DNA of 64,000 nt from Escherichia coli (GTDB lineage Bacteria > Pseudomonadota > Gammaproteobacteria > Enterobacterales > Enterobacteriaceae), in the NCBI RefSeq assembly GCF_003018255.1, contig NZ_CP027440.1. One strand, 5' to 3'. Of the stretch, positions 20,845-31,270 are shown one piece after another. Every line of letters begins with the position of its first letter. Within the stretch, counting starts at the first letter, position 1. The translations under genes were made by a program, and so were the position numbers. The notes under the pieces were generated by a model that saw only the letters and a list, made by a program, of their open reading frames with translations, was not told the DNA's origin and searched no databases.

Positions 20845-21830
20845 GCCAGCTTCCAGGGTTGTCACGGGAAACAAGAGAGAGTATCGCTATGTATCACCTT
20901 CGGGTTCCACAAACAGAAGAAGAATTAGAGCGTTACTATCAGTTTCGCTGGGAAATGTTGCGTAAGCCCCTGCATCAACCGAAAGGTTCGGAACGCGACG
21001 CGTGGGATGCGATGGCGCATCACCAGATGGTCGTCGACGAGCAGGGTAATCTGGTGGCGGTAGGCCGACTGTATATTAATGCCGACAATGAAGCGTCCAT
21101 TCGCTTTATGGCCGTTCATCCCGACGTGCAGGACAAAGGGTTAGGAACGCTGATGGCGATGACCCTCGAATCTGTGGCGCGTCAGGAAGGTGTTAAGCGC
21201 GTGACCTGTAGCGCCCGCGAAGACGCGGTGGAGTTTTTCGCCAAGCTGGGGTTTGTTAATCAGGGAGAAATCACCACGCCAACCACCACGCCGATTCGCC
21301 ATTTTTTGATGATTAAACCCGTTGCCACTCTGGATGATATTTTGCATCGCGGCGACTGGTGCGCGCAGCTGCAACAGGCGTGGTATGAACACATCCCGCT
21401 GAGTGAAAAAATGGGCGTGCGCATTCAGCAATATACCGGGCAAAAATTTATCACCACCATGCCGGAAACAGGCAATCAGAATCCGCATCACACGCTGTTT
21501 GCCGGGAGTTTATTCTCGCTGGCAACGCTCACCGGTTGGGGGCTTATCTGGCTGATGCTGCGCGAACGCCACCTCGGCGGAACGATTATTCTGGCGGATG
21601 CGCATATCCGCTACAGCAAGCCGATTAGCGGCAAACCTCATGCGGTAGCCGACCTTGGTGCCTTAAGCGGCGATCTCGACCGTCTGGCGCGCGGACGAAA
21701 AGCACGGGTGCAGATGCAAGTAGAAATCTTTGGCGACGAGACGCCGGGTGCAGTGTTTGAAGGCACGTATATCGTTCTGCCCGCGAAGCCATTTGGCCCG
21801 TATGAAGAGGGCGGGAACGAAGAAGAGTAG
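20841..21830 (+). CDS. yiiD: GNAT acetyltransferase / thioesterase-domain protein YiiD (FabY), 329 aa
   Basis: ORF-track peptide; 4-nt overlap with dtd. Confidence 0.88.
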
Positions 21831-21847
21831 GGGCGTTTTACTTGACT

Positions 21848-21876
21848 GAAAAGGTTTTCAATCTGAAAACCTTTTC
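21848..21876. terminator. Bidirectional hairpin terminator between yiiD and the esterase gene (gaaaaggttttcaatctgaaaaccttttc)
   Basis: Inverted repeat read directly between the two convergent stops. Confidence 0.6.
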
Positions 21877-21893
21877 TGGGCCCTGGTCCGGAG

Positions 21894-22877
21894 TTACCTT
21901 CCCGCTCTCCAGGCAACATCCCGTAGCGCCGATCGCGCAGCCTCGCTGATACCACCTAACTGAAAAAATCCGTGGATAACGCCAAGGTAGCGTTGGCAGG
22001 TGCATTGCACTCCTTGCCCTGTCATGCGGTGATACAACGCTTCACCTTCATCGCAAAGTGGGTCGTATTCAGCGGTAATGATATGTACAGGTGGCAAGCC
22101 ATTGAAATCATCGCGCCAAAGAGGGCTGGCTTCAGGATGCCTGCGTTCAATGCCTGGCAGGTACATCTCAAAGCCGCTCAGTAAAGTGTCGCGTGTGATG
22201 ATGTAATCGTGACCATTGCGTATGTAGCTTTCGAAATGCGCAGTCGCATCAAGCATGGGATAAATTAAGATGAGTTGTGCTGGTTGCCACTCGCCAGCAC
22301 GCTTCAATCGCAAAGCAGTTACCAGCGCCAGATGCCCTCCCGCACTGTCACCGGCAAGAGTTATTCGTTGTTTATCAACGCCGAGTCGTTCGGCGTGTTG
22401 CCGGACTAATTCTGCACCTCGTTGTGCATCATCATGGGCGGCGGGGAAAGTATGTTCCGGTGCCAGCCGATACTGGACGGCAATAATCCGACATTGCCCG
22501 TAATAGGCTAACTGGCGCAGCTGGTTGTCGTGAGTTGCGAACCCGCCGCTAACAAAACAGCCACCGTAGTAATAAATTATCGTCGGGAGTAATGTCGGGG
22601 CATTCAGCGGTGACACTATTCGTAAGGTCATCCCTTCAAGTTCGATAGTCTGAATATCTACCCGCGTTTCTGTCTCACCCGCAAGGACAGCGCTGGCGAT
22701 ATAGCCCTCTCTGCGCTGCGTAATACTTTGTTGGCGCGATGAGGGGCGACCCGCAGCGATAAACTCTTCGACTAACTCTGCAATTCCTTTTTCCAGTGCC
22801 ATAGTAGAACTCATTTTGCTGTATGAATGTACAGTTTTATACACCCGTTTTTGCTGGATGGATACAGGGAAATTCAC
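21894..22877 (-). CDS. Alpha/beta-hydrolase, hormone-sensitive-lipase (Aes-like) family carboxylesterase, up to 327 aa
   Basis: GDSAGG nucleophile-elbow motif; ORF starts at a GTG (22877), first in-frame ATG at about 22814. Confidence 0.75.
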   Translation of the reverse strand: MNFPVSIQQKRVYKTVHSYSKMSSTMALEKGIAELVEEFIAAGRPSSRQQSITQRREGYIASAVLAGETETRVDIQTIELEGMTLRIVSPLNAPTLLPTIIYYYGGCFVSGGFATHDNQLRQLAYYGQCRIIAVQYRLAPEHTFPAAHDDAQRGAELVRQHAERLGVDKQRITLAGDSAGGHLALVTALRLKRAGEWQPAQLILIYPMLDATAHFESYIRNGHDYIITRDTLLSGFEMYLPGIERRHPEASPLWRDDFNGLPPVHIITAEYDPLCDEGEALYHRMTGQGVQCTCQRYLGVIHGFFQLGGISEAARSALRDVAWRAGR

Positions 22878-22976
22878 GGGCGTGAAAAATCTGGAAAGCG
22901 CCTCGCAAATGTAAAGACAAACCCGGCAGAGACGTGGTTTTGCTGGAGCACTATCAGTAAGCTAGTGGTTTCAAGG

Positions 22977-22993
22977 GTACGTCAATGACGTAC
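22977..22993. promoter_or_regulatory. Perfect 17-bp palindrome (gtacgtcaatgacgtac) upstream of the toxin-antitoxin pair; candidate operator
   Basis: Read directly; lies between the divergent esterase gene and the toxin gene, upstream of a TATAAT at 23024-23029. Confidence 0.4.
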
Positions 22994-23030
22994 AAAAAGG
23001 ATTGTTACTCTAAGCCAATGGCGTATAATT

Positions 23031-23342
23031 ATGCTCTTCATCGAAACGGAAATTTTTACTGAAGATGTTCAAAAACTGCTGACCGACGATGAATTCAGTC
23101 GTTTTCAGTTTTTCCTGGCCTTGAATCCTGACTATGGTGAGGTAATACCTGAAACTGGTGGGTTAAGAAAGGTTCGATGGGTGTCAGGAGGAAAGGGGAA
23201 ACGTGCTGGTGTCAGGGTTATTTACTTTCATCAGGTTAAACATTATGAGATCAGATTACTGCTTATTTATCGTAAGGGTATTAAAGATGATCTGTCTCCC
23301 CAGGAAAAAGCAATGCTCCGGTTGTTAAATACGAGGTGGTAA
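23031..23342 (+). CDS. RelE/ParE-superfamily (HigB-like) type II toxin, 103 aa
   Basis: Small basic protein (MLFIETEIFTEDVQKLL...) immediately followed, with no gap, by an XRE-family HTH gene. Confidence 0.6.
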   Translation: MLFIETEIFTEDVQKLLTDDEFSRFQFFLALNPDYGEVIPETGGLRKVRWVSGGKGKRAGVRVIYFHQVKHYEIRLLLIYRKGIKDDLSPQEKAMLRLLNTRW

Positions 23343-23633
23343 ATGGATAAGGCACTTTTTGAGCGGTTGACTCACAGCATGGCCCAGATGAATGAAATTA
23401 TTGAAGGAACGCGACAGCCTTCGCGGACTTTTGAAGTTGATGCTATGAAAATCAAAGAAATACGCCGCGCTTCAGGGTTGTCACAATCTAAATTTGCCGA
23501 TCTTATTTCTGTAAGCGTAGACACGTTGCGTAACTGGGAGCAGGGGCGACGTTCACCGACCGGGCCTGCAAAGGCTTTGCTGCGAGCGATTGCCAATGAT
23601 CCGCAACATGTGCTGCAAGCACTTAACCGTTAG
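23343..23633 (+). CDS. XRE-family HTH antitoxin (HigA-like), 96 aa
   Basis: HTH (IRRASGLSQSKFADLISVSVDTLRNWEQG); start codon abuts the toxin stop (tggTAAATGg). Confidence 0.6.
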   Translation: MDKALFERLTHSMAQMNEIIEGTRQPSRTFEVDAMKIKEIRRASGLSQSKFADLISVSVDTLRNWEQGRRSPTGPAKALLRAIANDPQHVLQALNR

Positions 23634-24237
23634 AGGCATGGTTATGCCATACAGAAAGCACCAGCATTCAGAACTCCTGTGAAAGCGGCGTAGTGCCACC
23701 TGCTCAGGAGTTTTGCTATGACCCGTAATCGTGCTGACCGTTGCCACCCTATGATGCGATTAAAAAAACTCATCGTCGCGCCGATGATTGACGTCAATGC
23801 TATCGGATGATACCGGGGGTGTTCCGGAAGGAATTCCTTGTTTCCCGAACTGTTACCAACAAAATTATAACGATAAGCAAGTAAAGACCGGTTGGTGGCA
23901 GTACTGACCGGTCTGTGATGGATGATTAATTTCACCTTAAATCCTGGTGCTGTTAGGATGCTGACATTTTTCGGCTACACCATTCAGATTATGCAAATAA
24001 AGATCCAATCAAAAGATAAATATCCCTGAATATAATATATTTATAGCACCCATATCTCATCCTGGGCGATAACCCAACCATTTTTGATTAACAAATGAAA
24101 CAACTGCAACGTTCTTATTATTTCTGGAAAACGTCTCGCAAAAACAAAACAGCATGCAAAAATCCGCTTTTTTTAAATGATTTTTCGGCGTAATTTTCGC
24201 ACATACATTAATGAGTAATATATGTAAGGTATTGGTA

Positions 24238-24456
24238 ATGGCGATGAATACGGTTTTTCTTCATTTATCAGAAGAGGCAATTAAACGGCTGAACAAGCTT
24301 AGGGGCTGGCGTAAGGTTTCACGATCTGCAATTTTACGCGAAGCGGTTGAGCAATATCTGGAGCGGCAGCAATTTCCGGTGCGTAAAGCAAAGGGTGGCA
24401 GGCAAAGGGGGGAGACAGTAGTTGTTGATGATCAGTGTAAGGAGCATAAGGAATGA
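24238..24456 (+). CDS. yiiE: Ribbon-helix-helix (CopG-like) small regulator, 72 aa
   Basis: ORF 24211..24456 with start at internal Met (MAMNTVFLHLSEEAIKRLNKLRGW...); name from recollection of K-12. Confidence 0.55.
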   Translation: MAMNTVFLHLSEEAIKRLNKLRGWRKVSRSAILREAVEQYLERQQFPVRKAKGGRQRGETVVVDDQCKEHKE

Positions 24457-24670
24457 CAAAAAATTTATTATTCTTGAATATAAAAACCAGATGCCCTTAT
24501 TCTGGTATTAATACAAAGCTGTTTTACTTGAACTTATAATAACTGCAACTGTTACATCATATCTGGAAAACGCCTCGCGAAATACGAGAGATTTTGCGGG
24601 AATAGCAGGTGTCGTCATACCCTATGAACTGTAATCCGGGCGACCAGCGCCACCCGGAAAACGTCAGAGA

Positions 24671-25600
24671 TTACTCCCCTTCACCCGGAAACAGGAACGG
24701 GTTGATGGAACTACGGGCATAGCCTTCTTGCTCCATTCGCGCGTCCAGTACCAGAGAGGCGAGGTCATCTGCCACGGCTTCAACTTTCGGTTCTTTTTCC
24801 TGATAAAGAATCTTCAGGTAAGTGCCGCAGTCATCGCAGCTTTCGGCTTTAATCGCGGCCTGTTCGTCATCCAGCGACCAGTAATGCAGTTTGCCGCTTT
24901 GTTCACAGTTGCTGCATTTTACGCGTACTACGTGCCATTCAGTTTCACACAGGTTGCAGTGCAGGTAACGCAGCCCCTGAGTGGTGCCAATTTGCACCAT
25001 GCTGGACACCGGCATAGAACCACAAACCGGGCAATATTGACGTTGTTCGCCATATTCCGCACGCGCTTTGCCGGGGATCAGATTGGCCATCTGCGCCCAG
25101 TAGAGCGACAGTGCAGCCCAGATAAACGGCGCTTTATCGCTGCTGACGGACGAGAAATCAGAGGCAAACAGTGCGCTGGCCATATCTTCCAGCTCCTGAG
25201 TCGATGCCTTCTCCAGATTCTCAATCACTGCCAGCGCCGGGCCGCTCATTTCAGGTTTCAGCTCAGCAATCAGCGCCATCAGCAGCTTTTGCCAGTGCTT
25301 ATCACGCGGCAGAACGTGAATATCCAGCGGGGGCTTGCCCTGTGCGCTGGCTTCTTTAATGCGCGCGGTCAGATCCATCTCCAGCGGATGGTCGTACAGC
25401 ACCACTTCCTGGGCGTGGGCGATAAGCGCAGCAAAGCGCAGGTAATCACCCAGCGGATTATTTTCTGCCAGCTCGCGCAGACGCTCGGCGCGGCGGTTGT
25501 ATAAATTCTTGAGCCGAGGGAACAATAACGGCGGAATCATATCCGCCGTACGTTTCTCGCTCGAACCCAGCTCATCTTGCGGGATTATGCGAATACTCAT
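24671..25600 (-). CDS. fdhE: Formate dehydrogenase accessory protein FdhE, 309 aa
   Basis: CxxC cysteine clusters ([31 protein letters not shown]). Confidence 0.93.
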   Translation of the reverse strand: MSIRIIPQDELGSSEKRTADMIPPLLFPRLKNLYNRRAERLRELAENNPLGDYLRFAALIAHAQEVVLYDHPLEMDLTARIKEASAQGKPPLDIHVLPRDKHWQKLLMALIAELKPEMSGPALAVIENLEKASTQELEDMASALFASDFSSVSSDKAPFIWAALSLYWAQMANLIPGKARAEYGEQRQYCPVCGSMPVSSMVQIGTTQGLRYLHCNLCETEWHVVRVKCSNCEQSGKLHYWSLDDEQAAIKAESCDDCGTYLKILYQEKEPKVEAVADDLASLVLDARMEQEGYARSSINPFLFPGEGE

Positions 25601-26232
25601 TCAGCTTTCTTTTCCGTTGTCTTGCGGACCTCACGGTACCAGCGCGGGTGATGTTTCTTCGCCCAGGCGCTGGTCACCCATCCTTCCACCATGGCGGTAA
25701 TCGTGCCTTTCACCCAAAGGGCGGCGTAGATATGCACCATGATAACCACAATTAACGCCACTGCGGCAAATGAATGCAGCATTAACGCGAATCGGATCAC
25801 CGGGATTGAGAAAGCAGGCGCAAAATAAGGACGCCAGATAATCACGCCGCTCACCAGCAACAGGACCAGGAAAATAATCGCCGCCCAGAAAACGCATTTC
25901 TGACCGAAGTTATAACGCCCGGTGTCACCTACTTCCTCGTTGACGACGATCTTACGAATATTCTTCGCCCAAAAGATATCATCCCGATTGATTAGGTTGT
26001 GATGCCAGTAACGGAAAAACATGATGATGAACGAGGCAAACATAACCACGCCGACAAACGGGTGCAGAATTCGCGCCAGCTGCGGTGTGCCCATGATTTG
26101 CATCAACCAGTTGAAGGACGGGAACAAAAAGCCCAGCCCGCTCACCGCCGCCAGGATGAAGCAGAAGGCGGTGATCCAGTGGTTGATACGTTCCGGCGCG
26201 GTGTAGCGCACGATGGTGTCACGTCGTTTCAT
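25597..26232 (-). CDS. fdoI: Formate dehydrogenase-O cytochrome b556 subunit, 211 aa
   Basis: Polytopic membrane protein; 4-nt overlaps with fdoH and fdhE. Confidence 0.93.
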
Positions 26233-27131
26233 TTGCGCTCCTCGTCTTTCTCTTCGTGCAGATTATTCTCTTCCTCATCCGCACGGTTCGGACCGACACC
26301 CACGTAGTGGAATATACTGGCTGCGAAGGTAGCCGCAAAGCCAACAGCTGCGAGCGGTTTCCAGATGCCTTTCCAGAATTTCACGGTTTCGCTGATTTCC
26401 GGGTTCTCCGGCAAGCCATGATACAGATTTGGCTTGTCAGCATGGTGCAGCACGTACATAACATGTGTACCACCGACGCCTGCCGGGTCGTACAAACCCG
26501 CATTGTCGTAACCACGGGTTTTCAGCTCCGCCACGCGCTCGCTCGCCAGCGTTTTCATCGACTCTTTCGTACCGAAGTGAATCGCGCCCGTTGGGCAGGT
26601 CTTCACGCAGGCCGGTTCTTGCCCAACCACCACGCGGTCAACGCACAACGTACATTTGTAGACGCGGTTGTCTTCCGGGTTGAGGCGCGGAATGTCGAAC
26701 GGACAGCCCGCAATGCAATAACCGCAGCCGATGCACTGCTCGGACTGGAAGTCGACGATACCGTTGGCATACTGAATAATTGCCCCTTCCGCCGGGCACG
26801 CTTTCAGGCAGCCTGGATCGGAACAGTGCATACAGCCGTCTTTGCGGATCAGCCATTCCAGTTTGTCGTTCTGCTCCACTTCCGAGAATCGCATCACCGT
26901 CCACGATTTGGCACTTAAATCATTGGGGTTGTCGTACACCCCAATGTTATTGCCGACGGTATCGCGAATGTCGTTCCACTCTGAACACGCCACCTGACAG
27001 GCTTTACAGCCGATACAGGTGGTAACGTCGATGAGTTTCGCCACTTCTTCCTGGAAGTCCCGCGCCTGAGGCGCGGGGGTCAGACCGTTAGTCGCGGAAC
27101 GACGAATGATATCTTGCGATTGATAAGCCAT
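26229..27131 (-). CDS. fdoH: Formate dehydrogenase-O iron-sulfur subunit, 300 aa
   Basis: Four ferredoxin-type Cys clusters in the ORF-track peptide. Confidence 0.93.
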
Positions 27132-27143
27132 ATGTCGTCTCCG

Positions 27144-30100
27144 TTACACCTTTTCCACATTCACAAGGAAGGACTTAAACTCCGGCGTCTGCGTGTTCGC
27201 ATCACCGACGAATGGCGTCAACGTATTGGCAATAAAGCCTTTTTTCGCAACACCTTCATAGCCCCAGTGAATCGGAATACCGATGGTATCGATATCTTTG
27301 CCGTTTGCTTTCAGCGTGCGAATACGTTTGGTCACTACCGCTTTGGCTTTGATATAGCCACGGTTGGAGGAGACTTTCACAGTATCGCCCTGGGCAATGC
27401 CAAGTTTATTCGCCAGCGACTCCCCGATTTCCACAAACTGCTCTGGTTGCAAAATCGCATTCAACAGCGCGTGTTTGGTCCAGTAGTGGAAGTGCTCGGT
27501 CAGACGATAGGTGGTTCCGACATACGGGAACTTATCGGCTTTACCCAATGCTTCGGCGTCGTCTTTAAAGATACGCGCAGCCGGGTTCGAGATAACGTTT
27601 GGATGCAGCGGGTTAGTTCCCAGCGGCGTTTCAAACGGCTCGTAGTGTTCCGGGAACGGACCTTCCGCCATCTTATCGAGGGCAAACAGACGTCCCATGC
27701 CTTCCTGCTGCATGATAAACGGCCCTACGCCGCTGCCCGGAGGCGCTGCGCTGTAGTCCGGAATATCCCAGCCGGTCCACTTAGTGCCGTCCCATTTCAG
27801 CAACTGACGCTTCGGATCCCATGGGTTACCCTGCGGATCTGCGGAGGCGCGGTTATACAGAATGCGGCGGTTAAGCGGCCATGCCCATGCCCAGCCCAGC
27901 GTGTTACCGAGGCCAGACGGATCGGCGTTATCACGACGCGCCATCTGGTTACCTTCTGGCGTCCAGCTACCGGCGAAAATCCAGCAGCCACAGGAGGTCG
28001 TACCGTCATCGCGCAGTTGGGCGAACGAGCTAAGTTGTTGGCCTTTCTTGACGATAACCGCACCGGTTGCCGGATCGGTAATATCGGCCAGCGCCTTACC
28101 GTTGCTCTCCATCGCCACTTCTTCCGACTTCGGCTCATGCGGAATGGCGTAGTTCCAGGTCATATTCAGCACCTGGTCCGGGTTTGCGCCACCCTGTTCG
28201 GCATACATCTTGCGCAAGCGCAGGAAGATACCGGAGAGGATCTCGCCATCAGTCAGCGCAATCCCTGGGGCGTCCGCACCTTTCCAGTGCCACTGTAACC
28301 AGCGACCGGAGTTAACGATTGAACCGTTCTCTTCTGCGAAGCAAGTCGATGGCAGACGGAACACTTCGGTCTGGATCTTCGACGAGTCAACTTCGTTCAG
28401 CTCACCGTGGTTCTGCCAGAAGTTAGAGGTTTCAGTGTTCAGCGGGTCGATGGTGACGAGGAACTTCAGTTTCGACAGACAACCGATCACTTTGTTTTTG
28501 TTCGGGAATGAGGCAACAGGGTTAAAGCCCTGGCAGATATAGCCATTGACCTTGCCTTCTTTCATCATCTCGAAGTATTGCAGGACGTCGTAGCCTTTAT
28601 CCCACTTCGGCAACCAGTCAAAGCCCCAGCTATTTTCCGCCGTCGCTTTATCACCAAAGAATGCCTTCATCATTGAGACGAAGAATTTCGGGTAGTTGCC
28701 CCAGTAGTTGACCTGGCCTTCCAGCAGTGGTTTTGGCGTGTTGGCAGCGAGGTAAGTTTGCAGATCGGTCTGCTTCTCGCTTGGCAACGTCATGTAACCT
28801 GGCAGACTCTGCGACAGCAGCCCCAGGTCGGTCAGCCCCTGAATATTGGAGTGACCGCGCAGGGCGTTAACGCCGCCGCCAGCCATCCCCATATTGCCGA
28901 GCAGCAACTGGATCATCGCCATCGTACGAATGTTTTGCGCACCAATGGAGTGTTGCGTCCAGCCGAGCGCGTAAAGGAACGAGGCAGTTTTATCGTGAGC
29001 ACTGGTCTCAGCGATGTATTCGCAGACTTTCAGGAATGCGTCTTTTGGCGTACCACAGATGTTTTCAACCACATCTGGCGTGTAGCGGGAAACGTGCTGT
29101 TTCAGCAAGTTCCACACGCAACGTGGATGTTGCAGGGTAGTATCGCGTTTGGCGAAGCCGTTTTCGTCCAGTTCGTAAGTCCAGGAGGATTTATCGTACT
29201 TACGTTTTTCCGCGTCATAGCCGGTGAACAGGCCATCTTCAAAGCCGTAATCCTCACGCACGATCAGGCTGGCGTTGGTATAGGCTTCGGTGTATTCGCG
29301 GTTGAATTTTTCATTGTTCAGCAGGTACAGCAATACGCCTGACAGGAAAGCAATGTCAGTACCGGAACGAATAGGGGCATAGTAGTCAGCTACCGCCGCC
29401 GTACGCGTAAAGCGAGGATCGATCACAATCAGCTTCGCGCCATTGTGAATTTTGGCTTCCATCGCCCAGCGGAACCCGACCGGGTGAGCTTCAGCGGCGT
29501 TACCGCCCATCACCACGACGAGGTTGGCGTTCTTGATGTCGACCCAGTGGTTGGTCATCGCACCGCGACCAAATGTTGGAGCAAGACTTGCTACCGTTGG
29601 TCCGTGTCAGACACGCGCCTGGTTGTCGACCGCGAGCATACCCAGCGCGCGGGAGAATTTTTGCGTTAAATAGCCGGTTTCGTTACTCGACGCGGAAGCA
29701 CACAGCATCCCGGTGGAGAGCCAGCGGTTAACGGTCACGCCTTCGGCGTTTTGCGCAATGTAGTTAGCATCGCGGTCTTCTTTCATCAGTTTGGCGATGC
29801 GATCAAACGCCTCTTCCCAACTGATTTGCTGCCATTTATCAGAACCTGGCGCACGGTATTCCGGAAACTTCAGACGGCTTTCGGAGTGGATGAAATCCAC
29901 CAGGCCAGCGCCTTTCGGACAAAGTGCACCGCGGTTGACCGGGTGATCCGGGTCACCTTCGATATGGAAGATAGATGCTTTGGCGTTTTTTGCTCCGTCA
30001 CCGAGGCTGTACATCAACAGCCCACAGCCTACGGAACAATAGGTGCAGGTATTACGGGTTTCGCGGGTGCGCAGCAGTTTATACTGCCGGGTTTCCGCGA

Positions 30101-30194
30101 GTGCTACGCTGGGTGCAAAACCCAGTGCCGCTGCCGTGGTGCCTGCCATACCGCCAGCGCAGATCTTAAAGAACTGCCTTCTGCTGACCTGCAT
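27144..30194 (-). CDS. fdoG: Formate dehydrogenase-O catalytic subunit, selenoprotein with in-frame UGA (Sec) at 29607-29609; about 1016 aa
   Basis: ORF track splits the gene into 29607..30194 (Tat signal MQVSRRQFFKICAGG...) and 27144..29558; both are in the same frame and the sequence after the UGA reads H-G-P-T-V-A-S. Confidence 0.92.
29560..29606 (-). promoter_or_regulatory. Putative SECIS element directing selenocysteine insertion at the fdoG UGA
   Basis: mRNA immediately 3' of the UGA (CACGGACCAACGGUAGCAAGUCUUGCUCC...) in the position of bacterial SECIS hairpins; structure not computed. Confidence 0.5.
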
Positions 30195-30387
30195 GGATTG
30201 CTCCTTGTTTCGACATTGTCACGTCCCATTTACATTCGCTTGCTGCGTGTGCAGGGAGTGGGAGTTATTTTTCTTTGCGGAAGGGGCCGCAAAGGTCCAG
30301 AATTGGCTCAATTTCCCTCCATCCAGGAAGGGTTTGTAACAGAATACCATAATGTTGGTGTGTGTGTTCTTATCTGGTTAAGAGAAA

Positions 30388-31221
30388 GTGAAAAAAACAC
30401 AGCAAAAAGAAATCGAAAATGTGACAAATATCACAGGTGTTCGTCAAATTGAGTTATGGCGGCATGATGATTTACAACACCCACGGTTAGATGAGGTGGC
30501 GGAAGAAGTTCCCGTTGCGCTGGTCTACAACGGTATTTCGCATGTGGTGATGATGGCGTCGCCCAAAGACCTTGAGTACTTTGCGCTCGGTTTTTCGCTT
30601 TCCGAGGGGATAATCGAAAGTCCGCGCGATATCTTCGGCATGGATGTCGTTCCTTCCTGTAATGGTCTTGAAGTTCAAATTGAGCTTTCCAGCCGCCGCT
30701 TTATGGGGTTGAAGGAGCGTCGCCGGGCACTGGCGGGACGTACGGGATGTGGCGTGTGCGGCGTGGAGCAACTTAATGACATCGGAAAACCGGTGCAGCC
30801 GCTACCGTTCACCCAGACGTTTGATCTCAACAAACTGGATGATGCATTACGTCATCTCAATGATTTTCAGCCAGTGGGGCAACTGACCGGTTGTACTCAC
30901 GCCGCCGCCTGGATGTTGCCATCTGGCGAACTGGTCGGCGGGCATGAAGACGTGGGTCGCCATGTGGCGCTGGACAAACTGTTAGGCCGCCGGTCACAAG
31001 AAGGGGAAAGCTGGCAGCAAGGTGCGGTACTGGTTTCCAGCCGTGCCAGTTATGAAATGGTGCAAAAGTCGGCGATGTGCGGCGTAGAGATTTTGTTTGC
31101 GGTGTCTGCCGCGACCACACTTGCTGTAGAAGTGGCTGAACGCTGTAATTTGACGCTGGTGGGCTTTTGTAAACCGGGTCGGGCAACGGTTTATACCCAT
31201 CCGCAGCGTTTGAGCAATTAA
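30388..31221 (+). CDS. fdhD: Formate dehydrogenase sulfurtransferase FdhD, 277 aa
   Basis: ORF-track peptide [28 protein letters not shown]... Confidence 0.93.
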   Translation: MKKTQQKEIENVTNITGVRQIELWRHDDLQHPRLDEVAEEVPVALVYNGISHVVMMASPKDLEYFALGFSLSEGIIESPRDIFGMDVVPSCNGLEVQIELSSRRFMGLKERRRALAGRTGCGVCGVEQLNDIGKPVQPLPFTQTFDLNKLDDALRHLNDFQPVGQLTGCTHAAAWMLPSGELVGGHEDVGRHVALDKLLGRRSQEGESWQQGAVLVSSRASYEMVQKSAMCGVEILFAVSAATTLAVEVAERCNLTLVGFCKPGRATVYTHPQRLSN

Positions 31222-31228
31222 TTAAAAT

Positions 31229-31270
31229 AAGTCCTGCGATATATATTAAATTGCAGGACTTATTCATTTC
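31229..31270 (+). terminator. Hairpin terminator after fdhD (aagtcctgc ... gcaggactt)
   Basis: 9-bp inverted repeat read directly after the fdhD stop, followed by a T-rich tract. Confidence 0.55.

Noticed and set aside
23642-23935. 97-aa minus-strand ORF in the spacer after the antitoxin gene
   Set aside because: No obvious RBS or domain signature and an atypical composition; more likely a chance frame in a remnant region, although not excluded
24728-25504. 258-aa plus-strand ORF inside fdhE
   Set aside because: Antisense shadow ORF of fdhE
27114-28298. 394-aa plus-strand ORF inside fdoG
   Set aside because: Antisense shadow ORF within the formate dehydrogenase catalytic subunit gene
29558-29609. 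Apparent interruption of fdoG into two ORFs (possible pseudogene)
   Set aside because: The single in-frame TGA is at the conserved selenocysteine position, so this is recoding rather than gene decay
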